Both the position numbers and the translations under genes were made by a program. The notes under the pieces were generated by a model that made no database searches, was not told the origin of the DNA, and was given only the letters and a program-made list of their open reading frames with translations. A stretch of 63,961 nt of DNA, the filler included, from an uncultured bacterium (GTDB taxonomy: Bacteria > CAYJOG01): NCBI GenBank assembly GCA_964371695.1. It is 4 parts of 4 records of this genome, joined end to end, with 100 filler letters (N's around TTAATTAATTAA, not from the genome) between each part and the next. Parts side by side here need not be neighbours in the genome. Positions count along the whole stretch, not along the records: positions 16,439 to 32,375 come from CAYJOG010000014.1; 3 more parts are not named here. One strand, given 5' to 3'. Positions 19,737-28,670 of the stretch are shown here, piece by piece. Position 1 is the first letter of the stretch, and every line of letters starts with the position of its first letter.

Positions 19737-21620
19737 TCAAAACCCCTCGCGGTAAATCACCACGCCGTCGGCTTCCAGCGTGAGTTCGGTTTCGCCCTCG
19801 GCTTCAAACTCGGTTTCGTCAAACTCGTTTTTGGCGTAGTCGCCTTCCAGCGCCACGTGCTCGCCGGTTTCGTCTTTGTAAAGCACCCTGATGCGCGTGG
19901 TTTCTTCGCGGTAACCCTGAATGCTCACCTTCACCAGCTTGCTGCCGCCGCTGCCGGGGCCACGGCTCAGCACCAGCACAAAGGGGTTGGCCTCGCCGCT
20001 GCCCAGGGGTTTTTCGGCGGCGGGCTCCTGGGCCACCACCACCCCTTCGGCTTCGCGGGCGGGGCGCTGTATGTTGGCAAACAGCGGCAAGCCCTCTTCG
20101 TTCAGTTTCTGGCGGGCGTCTTCCAGCGACTGACCCCGCAGGTCGGGGCTTTTGCGGGCTTCGTTTTCTTCACCGGCGCTCAGCACCACGCTCACCCGTG
20201 TGCCGGGGCGCACCCGGTCTCCGGCGGGCGGGTCCTGACGCAGCACCAGACCCAGCGCCACCGTGGCCGAGGCTTCGTAGCTGGGTTTGTCCATCACGTC
20301 CAGACCAAGTTTTTTCAGTTCGGCCCAGGCTTCTTCCCAGGTGTGGCCCGTCAGGTCGGGCACTTCCACCCGCTGTTCTGCGCCGCTCAGCAGCACGGTG
20401 ATGGTGCGGGGTTTCTTCACTTTTTTCCCGGCGGGCGGGTCCTGGCTCAGCACCACGCCTTCGGGCACACCTTCGCGGAACTGCCGCCCGCTGATGCGCA
20501 GGCGCAGGCCCTGACGACCCAGGGCGGCCTGGGCTTCTTCAAGCCGCGCCCCCACCAGATCGGGCACGTCCACCGGCTGAGAGGGACTCAGCCAGTGGGC
20601 CACAAACGAGTAATAACTGCTGCCCTTCGGCCCCCGCTGAAAAGCCATGAACCCCACAAAACTCATGGCCACCAATATGGCGAAAGCCAGCACCGAGGCC
20701 GCCAGTGTGTTGGTGATGCGCCACCACGACCACGCCCGGCGCACCGGCCTGGGCCTGGGCGGCGCGCCGCCGGGCGCGGGCTGGGGCAGCCTCACCGGCA
20801 GGCCCCCCAGGGCGGTCTGATAAGCGTGGCTGAGCTGCTGCACCGTGGTGAACCGCTGGTCGGGGTCGGTGGCCAGGCACTTCTGGATCACCGTGTCCCA
20901 CCGGGTGTTTTTCACGCCGTGTTTTTCGAGGGGCACATAGTTTTCGCTCCCCAGCGTGGTGAGCGCCCCCAGGTCGGTTTTGGCAAAAGGGATTTTCCAG
21001 CCACTGAGACAGGCATAGAGCAGGCAGCCCAAAGAGTAGATGTCCGCCGCCGAGCCGCTGTGTTTGCCCAGCAGGGTTTCGGGCGAGAGAAACGGCACGC
21101 AGGCGTCCGGCAGCATGTCATAACCAGCCAGATGCTCCAGCAGCAGAGACTGGGTGAGCCAGTCGCCGGTTTTGATGGTGAGGTCGCGGCGGATGAGAAT
21201 GTTCAGCGGCGTGAGCGCACCGTGGCACAGGCCCTGTGAATGCACATAGGCCGTGGTGGCCATCACCTGCTGAAACATGGCCAGGCGTTGCTCCAGCGCG
21301 GGTTGGGTCAGGCTGAAGGCGTCCATGAGGGTGGAGCGGCTGAAGTAATCCTCCACCACAAACAGTTGCCCCTCCACCACGCCGTGGCGCAGCACGTTGA
21401 CCATGCCGCCGTGCGAGAGCTGGGCCTGGGCGCGCAGGGCCTCGGCCAAAGCGGGCAAAATGCCGGGCGAGGTGAAGTCTTCGCGCAGTTTTTTGAGCAC
21501 CACGGCAAAGCCGGTGCCCACCTCGGTGGCCAGATACACGTCGAACAACCCCGCGCCCTCGCGCAGGGATTCGCTCACCTGATAACGCCCGCCAATGACC
21601 TGACCGACCACCGGCGGCAT
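19737..21620 (-). CDS. PASTA-domain Ser/Thr kinase-like protein (PknB/PrkC architecture, degenerate catalytic loop)
   Basis: Kinase fold (GRY, VYLA, LKK, SPE, DIYSLG), one TM helix, three VPDL.G/SPDL.G PASTA repeats. Confidence 0.88.
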   Translation of the reverse strand: MPPVVGQVIGGRYQVSESLREGAGLFDVYLATEVGTGFAVVLKKLREDFTSPGILPALAEALRAQAQLSHGGMVNVLRHGVVEGQLFVVEDYFSRSTLMDAFSLTQPALEQRLAMFQQVMATTAYVHSQGLCHGALTPLNILIRRDLTIKTGDWLTQSLLLEHLAGYDMLPDACVPFLSPETLLGKHSGSAADIYSLGCLLYACLSGWKIPFAKTDLGALTTLGSENYVPLEKHGVKNTRWDTVIQKCLATDPDQRFTTVQQLSHAYQTALGGLPVRLPQPAPGGAPPRPRPVRRAWSWWRITNTLAASVLAFAILVAMSFVGFMAFQRGPKGSSYYSFVAHWLSPSQPVDVPDLVGARLEEAQAALGRQGLRLRISGRQFREGVPEGVVLSQDPPAGKKVKKPRTITVLLSGAEQRVEVPDLTGHTWEEAWAELKKLGLDVMDKPSYEASATVALGLVLRQDPPAGDRVRPGTRVSVVLSAGEENEARKSPDLRGQSLEDARQKLNEEGLPLFANIQRPAREAEGVVVAQEPAAEKPLGSGEANPFVLVLSRGPGSGGSKLVKVSIQGYREETTRIRVLYKDETGEHVALEGDYAKNEFDETEFEAEGETELTLEADGVVIYREGF

Positions 21621-21638
21621 TATAGAAAGGTGCGGACG

Positions 21639-24038
21639 GTGCCGTCCTTTTCACTCCCCCCCCTGACCTGGGGGGCCACCGGCCTTGTGGCCGGGGCTTT
21701 TGTGGGTCTGGGCGTGGCGCTGGCGTGGCCCTGGATGTCCGGTCTGGGGGCGCTCCTGTCCATCGGCGCCGTGACCGCGACGCCTCAGCGCCGGGTGCTG
21801 GCGCTGGTGGCCGGTCTGTTTGGCCTGGGGGTGATGGTGGGTCTGTCGGATGGCGGGCGGGTGCAAAACCGCCTGAACACCCTGCTCCGGTCTTCGGGCG
21901 CAGGGCAGGTGGCACTCACCGGCGTCATACGCGACACATGGTTGAGCACCATGGGCCAGCCCCGCGCCCGTCTGCTGGTGCAGGGGGCCGGTTCCATCCC
22001 CGGCCTTGTCGGCGGCACGGTGGTGCTCACGGGAAATGAAAAACAGATCCTCCGTTTTTCCATTGGTTCGACGTGGCGGCTGAAGGGCCGTTATGCCCCG
22101 CCCGGCCCGCCCCAGGGGTTGTCATTTTTCAGCCCCCGTTTTCACGGCGCGGTGCGGGGCGAGATGGGCTGGCTCAAGGTGACAAACGCCAAGGCCCTTG
22201 TGGCCCAACCCCCCGCCACGGCCCGTTTGTGGCGCTGGCAGAAAAACATCGAACAACGCCTGCTGAGCGCCTATGGGCCGGACACCGCCGCTCTGCTGGC
22301 GGGTCTGGTGCTGGGGCGCAGGATGCCCGGTACGGAAGCCCTCGCTGAAGACCTGCGGTCGAGCGGCGCGTTGCACCTGCTGGTGGTGAGTGGCGCGCAC
22401 CTGGCGCTGCTGATGGGGGCGGTGGCCTGGGGGCTGCGCAGCGCAAAAGTGGGTTACCGACGCCGGCTGATGGCCATGGCGGCGGCGCTGCTTGTATACG
22501 GCGTCATGGCCGGGGGCGTGGCGTTGTTCCGCGCCCTGTGCATGAGCGCCCTGGTGTTGGGGGGCCGTTTTGCCGGATGGGGTGTGCGGCCCGCCGTGGC
22601 GCTTTCTGTCGCGGTGGTGGTGCTGGTGGCCGCCGACGCGGCGGTGCTGCTGGTGCCCGGCTTCTGGCTCAGCGTGGCCGCCACCGCCGGTGTGCTGGTG
22701 GGTCTCGCCACCCGCGCCGCTGCCGCCGCCGAGCCGCCCTGGCTGGGCAAGGTCAATCTCACCCTGTGGTGCGGGGCCTGGGCCACGGCCCTCACGCTGC
22801 CCCTGCTGGCGGGTTTTTTTGGTCAGGCCGCGCCGCTCTCGCCCCTCAGCACGTTGATGCTGCTGCCGCTGCTGAGCGCGCTTTTGGTGCTGGGCTTGTT
22901 CACCGTGGCCGTGGGGGTGTGGTTGCCGGGCCTGCGCGAAGCACTGGGATTTGTGATCGGCGGCCTGCACCGCATGACCGAAGCCCTGGCCGGTGTGCTG
23001 GCCCAGGCCCCCGGCGCGGTGTGGTCGGTGAACCTGACCGAAGGCGCGGCGCTGGGCGCGGCGCTGTGTTTGTTGTTGTGGGTCTGGTGGTTGAAAAAAC
23101 AGTCTCAGGAGGAACCGGCCAGCGAAACCCCCGCACCCGCCAGACCCGAACCATTCTGGAGAACCTGGCGTGCCCGTCCGCCTCTTGCACCCCTGGCCGT
23201 GTTGCTGATGGGGGCGGTGGCCCTGTGGCCCGCTTTTGTTTCGCCGCCGCCCCTGATGGTGGATTTTCTGAACGTGGGTCAGGGCGACGCCACGCTTTTC
23301 ACCGGCCCGCAAACCGGCGTGGTGCTGGTGGATGGCGGCCCCTGGCCCGTGGCGCTGCCGCCGGGCCGCGCACCGGTGGTGGAAGCGCTACGCCAAAGGG
23401 GGGTGCGGCGGGTAGACCTGCTGGTGGCCACCCACGCCGACGCCGACCACCTGGGGGGCGTGGTGGCGGTGCTGCGCTCCATGCCCGTGGGGCGCGTGGT
23501 GTGGCCCGCCGCCGACAGCCGTTTTCAAAAAGCAGACAGCGACACCCTGCGCCAGTTCGCCAGTCTGACAGCCGACAAAAAAATGTGGCGCGTGAAAACC
23601 GGCGACACGTTGCGCGCCGGGCCTCTCGCCCTGTCGGTGCTGGCCCCGGCGCGGCGGGGCAGTTGCCAGCGCAACATCTGCGCCCTGGTGATGGAGGCGG
23701 ACATGGGCCGCCTGCGCCTGCTGCTCAGCTCCGATCACCCCATGAACGACACCGCCCTGTTGCAGGAAAATCTCGCGGCGCGCTTAAGGCCCGTCCACTT
23801 GGCCCACGTGCCCCACCACGGCGGCGCGCACGACAGCGGCGGCCTGCTGTGGTGGCGCACCCGCCCGGCGGTGGTTCACCTGAGCGTGGGGGCGTTCAAT
23901 CCCTATGGGCATCCCGCGCCGGGCACCCTGCAGGGGCTTGAGTTTTTTCACCTGCCCTGGTTCGCCAGTCACCGACACGGCACCGTCACCCTTTATGGCG
24001 ACCCGTGGCGAAAAATGCAGATGCAGACAAGGCCGTGA
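21639..24038 (+). CDS. comEC: ComEC/Rec2 DNA uptake channel with metallo-beta-lactamase domain
   Basis: HLLVVSGAHL, many TM helices, NVGQGDA, THADADH, PHHG and NPYGHP motifs; GTG start at 21639 after AGAAAGG is inferred. Confidence 0.9.
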   Translation: MPSFSLPPLTWGATGLVAGAFVGLGVALAWPWMSGLGALLSIGAVTATPQRRVLALVAGLFGLGVMVGLSDGGRVQNRLNTLLRSSGAGQVALTGVIRDTWLSTMGQPRARLLVQGAGSIPGLVGGTVVLTGNEKQILRFSIGSTWRLKGRYAPPGPPQGLSFFSPRFHGAVRGEMGWLKVTNAKALVAQPPATARLWRWQKNIEQRLLSAYGPDTAALLAGLVLGRRMPGTEALAEDLRSSGALHLLVVSGAHLALLMGAVAWGLRSAKVGYRRRLMAMAAALLVYGVMAGGVALFRALCMSALVLGGRFAGWGVRPAVALSVAVVVLVAADAAVLLVPGFWLSVAATAGVLVGLATRAAAAAEPPWLGKVNLTLWCGAWATALTLPLLAGFFGQAAPLSPLSTLMLLPLLSALLVLGLFTVAVGVWLPGLREALGFVIGGLHRMTEALAGVLAQAPGAVWSVNLTEGAALGAALCLLLWVWWLKKQSQEEPASETPAPARPEPFWRTWRARPPLAPLAVLLMGAVALWPAFVSPPPLMVDFLNVGQGDATLFTGPQTGVVLVDGGPWPVALPPGRAPVVEALRQRGVRRVDLLVATHADADHLGGVVAVLRSMPVGRVVWPAADSRFQKADSDTLRQFASLTADKKMWRVKTGDTLRAGPLALSVLAPARRGSCQRNICALVMEADMGRLRLLLSSDHPMNDTALLQENLAARLRPVHLAHVPHHGGAHDSGGLLWWRTRPAVVHLSVGAFNPYGHPAPGTLQGLEFFHLPWFASHRHGTVTLYGDPWRKMQMQTRP

Positions 24039-24124
24039 ACTGGTGTCACGAAAGGCCCTTTTCCTGACACACCATTCTGTTTTTTCATAAACTGACCGGG
24101 TTGCCGATTTCCGGGAGGTTCAAC

Positions 24125-26509
24125 ATGCGCCATGTCTTTTTTCGCCCCACGTTGTGGGCGGTTGTTTTAACCTGCACCCTCAGCACCGCCAGCCGCGCCG
24201 AGACCATTCGCCTCAAGGGCCTGAAGGCCCCCGTGAAGGTAGCCATGGACAAACACGGCGTGTGGCACATCAAGGGCAAAACCGATCTGGACGCCATTCG
24301 TGTGCAGGGTTATCTGGTGGCGAAATACCGCCTGTTCCAGATGGACGTTTTCCGTCGCAGCGCGCTGGGAACCCGCGCCGAGCTGTTTGGCAAAGGCAAA
24401 CTCGCAGACGACTGGAACGCCAAAAAACTGCTGGTGGAACGGGTGGCCCCGAAGATTCTGGCGCAGATGAGCAAACCCGCCCTGGCGGTGCTCAAGGCCT
24501 ATGCCGAGGGGGCCAACGCCTTCATCAATTCCCCCGCCGCCGCCAAACTGCCCGAATATAAAAAACTGGGGCTGAAACCCCAGCCCTGGACACCCGCCGA
24601 CACCATCGCCATTGGCCGCGCCATGAGCTGGTCGCTTTCGGGCGGCATGCCGGAGGAACTCCTGCTGGGCGTGATGCGCAACATGCTGGGGCCCAAAAAG
24701 TTTGACGAACTGGCCCCCACCACCAACATCGATCCGGTCACCATCACCCGCCAGAAAACAGAGCCGCCTTCTCTCGCGGGCATGGCCGAAGAAGACCTCC
24801 TGAAACTCATGCACTCCGACGTGTTCGCCAACACCTGGCAGGGCCTGGGCGAAAAGGTGGGCAGCAACAACTGGGTGGTGAGCGGCGCACGCACACAAAG
24901 CGGCCAGCCCCTGCTGGCCAACGACCCGCACCTGGGTCTGGACGTGCCCGCCATCTGGGTGATGGTGCACCTCACCGCCCCCAACCTGAACGTGGCGGGT
25001 GTGAGTTTTGCGGGCACCCCCGGCGTGGTGATCGGCCACAACGACCACCTGGGCTGGGGCGTGACCACCACGGGTTATGACGTGACCGACGCCTATGTGC
25101 TCAAGATGAACCCGACCAACAACAAACAATACAAATTCGGCAGCGAGTGGCGGGACATCCAAGAGATTCCCGTGGACCTCAAATATTGGGAAAACGGCAA
25201 GATGCTGGTGGAAAAGAAAACCCTGCGCCTCACCCACTTCGGCCCCATTGCGCTGGAGCGCGACAGCGGCGTGAGCATGGGCAAGACCGTGGCCTTTCGC
25301 TGGACAGGCCACGACCCCAGCACCGAAATCGAAACCTTCTTTGGCATGGACTACGCCAAAAATCTGGACGAGTTCAAAAAGGCGCTCTCACATTTCAAAA
25401 CCGGCGCGCAGAACTTCATTTACCTCGACCGCAAGGGCAACATTTTTTATCACGCCCACGCCGACGTGCCGCTGCACAAAGAAGGCATTGTGCCCTATGT
25501 GCCCCAGGACGGCAGCGACCCTGAGCAGCAATGGCTTGGGTACATTCCCTATGACGAACTACCCAAAAAAGAGAACCCCCCCGAAGGCTACGTGGTGACC
25601 GCCAACAACCGGCCCGCGCCCCTCGATTACAAGTATTACATCGGTCGGTTTTTTGATGGCGGCAGCCGCGCCCGGCGCATCACCGACCTCGTGCTGGCCA
25701 CGCCCAAACACACGCCCGAAACCTTCATGGCCGCCCAGATGGACAACAAGGTGTTCATGCAGGAAAAATTCCTGCCCGTTTTTCTCAAAGCCATGGAAGG
25801 CCAGCCCGCAGCGGGCAATCAGGCCGCCGCCCTGGCGCAGCTCAATGCCTGGGACGGCCACACCAATGTGGACAGCCTGGGGCCTTTCGTGTTTTTCAAA
25901 TGGCTCAAACACATCAACAAAATGGCGCTGGAAGACAACGTGACCGGCAGCCTGATGGCGCAGGCCTATGACCACATCGAGGTGATCGGCGACATCATCC
26001 GCCGCCAGATTGACGGGCGGCTGAAAACCAACTGGTTCGACATCAAGAACACTGAAAAAGAAGAAACCATGGACGACATCGCCCGGCTGGCTTTCCCGGA
26101 AGCGGTGAAGGAATGCGAAAAAATCCTTGGCCCCGACCCGGCGAAATGGACCTGGGGGCGCATTCACCAGCTCAACATGAATCACGACCTGTTGCCGGAA
26201 TACAACCGCTTCAACATTCCCGGCCCGGGGGCCTATGGCACGGTGAACAACGCCGGTCACGGCTTCATGGGCGAGCGCATGGACTACGGCGGCGGCCCCA
26301 GTGTGCGGCTGGTGATGACCCCCGGCGAAAAAAGCGGCATCCGCATGTGGACCACCCTGCCGGGCAGCGACATCTCTGACTGGAAAAGCAAAGACGCGGT
26401 GGATCAGTTCCCCAACTGGCTGGCGGGCAAATATTTCGAGTTCGACAGCAACCCCGCCCGGGCTGATCAGACCAAGGACAACAAACGGGTGCTGGATTTC
26501 AAGCCGTAA
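24125..26509 (+). CDS. Penicillin acylase family Ntn-hydrolase (peptidase S45)
   Basis: Signal peptide, D.HGV.HI, RLFQMD, GSNNW autocleavage site, ANDPHL, TANN; GGGAGG RBS. Confidence 0.93.
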   Translation: MRHVFFRPTLWAVVLTCTLSTASRAETIRLKGLKAPVKVAMDKHGVWHIKGKTDLDAIRVQGYLVAKYRLFQMDVFRRSALGTRAELFGKGKLADDWNAKKLLVERVAPKILAQMSKPALAVLKAYAEGANAFINSPAAAKLPEYKKLGLKPQPWTPADTIAIGRAMSWSLSGGMPEELLLGVMRNMLGPKKFDELAPTTNIDPVTITRQKTEPPSLAGMAEEDLLKLMHSDVFANTWQGLGEKVGSNNWVVSGARTQSGQPLLANDPHLGLDVPAIWVMVHLTAPNLNVAGVSFAGTPGVVIGHNDHLGWGVTTTGYDVTDAYVLKMNPTNNKQYKFGSEWRDIQEIPVDLKYWENGKMLVEKKTLRLTHFGPIALERDSGVSMGKTVAFRWTGHDPSTEIETFFGMDYAKNLDEFKKALSHFKTGAQNFIYLDRKGNIFYHAHADVPLHKEGIVPYVPQDGSDPEQQWLGYIPYDELPKKENPPEGYVVTANNRPAPLDYKYYIGRFFDGGSRARRITDLVLATPKHTPETFMAAQMDNKVFMQEKFLPVFLKAMEGQPAAGNQAAALAQLNAWDGHTNVDSLGPFVFFKWLKHINKMALEDNVTGSLMAQAYDHIEVIGDIIRRQIDGRLKTNWFDIKNTEKEETMDDIARLAFPEAVKECEKILGPDPAKWTWGRIHQLNMNHDLLPEYNRFNIPGPGAYGTVNNAGHGFMGERMDYGGGPSVRLVMTPGEKSGIRMWTTLPGSDISDWKSKDAVDQFPNWLAGKYFEFDSNPARADQTKDNKRVLDFKP

Positions 26510-26913
26510 AAAGTTGGAAGCTGGAGGTTGGAAAAGGAAAAGGCCCCATCGCACCCTCTCCCCTTTATGGGGAGAGGGTGATGCGAAGCATCGGGTGAGG
26601 GGTTGGACATAGGCAAAAAACAATGGTTTTTGTTTTTGATTAAACCCCGGTGCTGCCGCACCTGGGCGCACCCGGCAGCATCGACATGGGTCTGAACCAG
26701 CAACCCTTCACCCTCACGGTAAATTTTTAGGGCGAATCAAGAAAACATTTTTATTCCAACGGCCGAGCGAAATAGCAGTAATTCACCCGAAAAAGCACCA
26801 GAAAAACGGCCTTTTGTGCAAACCATTACTGCTATTTCGAATGGTCTTTTGTATTAGTAGGCGCGATGTCCAATTAATAAGCATTGTAACGAACAGCCTG
26901 TTGTAGGTAAATG

Positions 26914-28038
26914 CTATGACACCATTGTTCTGCGTGTCGGAGTGCAAAAAAGGAGGTTCTTTGAAACGGTTGAATATCCTTTTGATCTCGCAACACCAAT
27001 GACAGTCAACCCAGAATTATTTTCGCAAAAAATAGCGTCAATAAGCGCGCTTGTATCGATATGTTTAAACTGACTTGGGTTATTCACCGCATTACCAACA
27101 AAATTCAGCACTTCGGCGCTTCCTCGATCTGCGGCAAGATGCAGTGGAGTATTACCATCTATGTCGGAAATAGAGATATCTGCGCCACTTTTCAGGAGCA
27201 ATTCAAATGCCTCTTTTTTATTGTACTTGGCGGCCCTATGCAAAGGTGTTCTCCCGAAAAATGTTTTTGAATCAACAAATGCGCCATTGGCCAAAAGAGT
27301 GTGAATAATTTCGCAATCCCCTTGTCTCGCTGCTACATGAAGTGGCCTGTGTCCGTACCGATTAGAAGCCTCTGGATCAGCACTATTTATCAATAAAAAG
27401 TGGACCATAGCAAGATTTTTTGCCCAGACCGCATTGTGAATTGGCCTCAATCCTGTGACGGATTCGGAATTGACATTCACATGATAACCGCAAATCAAAA
27501 GTTCTGCCGCAGAGATGTCATCAGCAAATGCCGCCTTGTGCAGGGGTGTGCATTTCTGATTAGTCTTTAAATTGGCCTCTCCACCATTTTTTAATAGTAA
27601 CCCTAAAATCGCGGACTCCCCAAGAAAAGCCGCCAAATGGACAGGAGTGTAGCCAGATCGATCCTTAAAATTTACACTTTTTTTAATTTCTTCAGGATCA
27701 TTTATCCCTTTTAAAATCAAATTCACCATAGCTAACTCGCCACTTTCAACCGCCACATGAAGAGCGGTAATTTCTTCTCCGGTAAAGGGAGCCATTTTAC
27801 CCCCTTCACGGAAATTCGCCTCGACGCAAGTTTCGTTCCGTTCAATAACGCTATTGAAGAGGCTCAGGTGACTTTCCGATTTTCCAAATTCCTGTGCGGA
27901 AAACAATCGCTCCCTACGTCTCCTGAATGTGATGATGCTATCCCTTGTCTGAATAAGCGAAAAATATATAAACAGGCTAGCCGCTGTTAGCGCCAAAATC
28001 GAAGATATCAGTGCTCCTACTGCCACAATTATTTCCAT
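26914..28038 (-). CDS. Ankyrin-repeat protein with N-terminal TM segment
   Basis: Repeated TPLH.AA / GxTPVHLAA units; markedly AT-rich. Confidence 0.9.
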   Translation of the reverse strand: MEIIVAVGALISSILALTAASLFIYFSLIQTRDSIITFRRRRERLFSAQEFGKSESHLSLFNSVIERNETCVEANFREGGKMAPFTGEEITALHVAVESGELAMVNLILKGINDPEEIKKSVNFKDRSGYTPVHLAAFLGESAILGLLLKNGGEANLKTNQKCTPLHKAAFADDISAAELLICGYHVNVNSESVTGLRPIHNAVWAKNLAMVHFLLINSADPEASNRYGHRPLHVAARQGDCEIIHTLLANGAFVDSKTFFGRTPLHRAAKYNKKEAFELLLKSGADISISDIDGNTPLHLAADRGSAEVLNFVGNAVNNPSQFKHIDTSALIDAIFCENNSGLTVIGVARSKGYSTVSKNLLFCTPTRRTMVS

Positions 28039-28667
28039 TACCTCGCCCCCATAAATGACTGCATCTGGATGCTTTTCACTTTAATAATAATTATTGCCAC
28101 TGAAAAAAGTATCAAAGCACGGTTTATGCCTATAAGTTCATCAAGCCTTTTGTGCTCCCACAATACAGCCAGTTCTATTGTTAAATATGGTATAAGCGTG
28201 AATACGGAAAGAGTTTTTGATATTGCCGACAGATTGTAGGTGAAAACTTTTTCAGACAATCCCATGAAATTGAGTATTGACACGGCATGTCCATTATTTA
28301 ACACTCTCTTGTACTTCCCGTCGTTAAGCCATCCCTTGAGACGATCAGTGGTTAAGTTTGAGACGGTTTTCATTTGTTTTTCATGAAAAAACCTTGTGTC
28401 TGTGGGCATTCCCAAAAACATCACTGCGAACAAGAGAAAAAAATCATCCCACATTGTCCCAATTAATTCTATTGGAGAAGAATTCCAAGCAATCCAAATC
28501 AGGGAAAGTTGAATACCTGCGGGAATAGCAATTTCTATCAATAAACCAGAAAGAATGAGCGCAGGTCTCTCTGTCGGCAATTTTTTCACCACGGATGCGC
28601 ACGGTAATTTCCCCATATACCTCTTGTCAAGCGACCTACTCGCCACCTGCAGCCCCCGGTTATCCAC
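28038..28667 (-). CDS. Hypothetical membrane protein
   Basis: About four hydrophobic segments; TAATG overlap with the ankyrin gene; AT-rich. Confidence 0.55.
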   Translation of the reverse strand: MDNRGLQVASRSLDKRYMGKLPCASVVKKLPTERPALILSGLLIEIAIPAGIQLSLIWIAWNSSPIELIGTMWDDFFLLFAVMFLGMPTDTRFFHEKQMKTVSNLTTDRLKGWLNDGKYKRVLNNGHAVSILNFMGLSEKVFTYNLSAISKTLSVFTLIPYLTIELAVLWEHKRLDELIGINRALILFSVAIIIIKVKSIQMQSFMGAR

Positions 28668-28670
28668 CCT

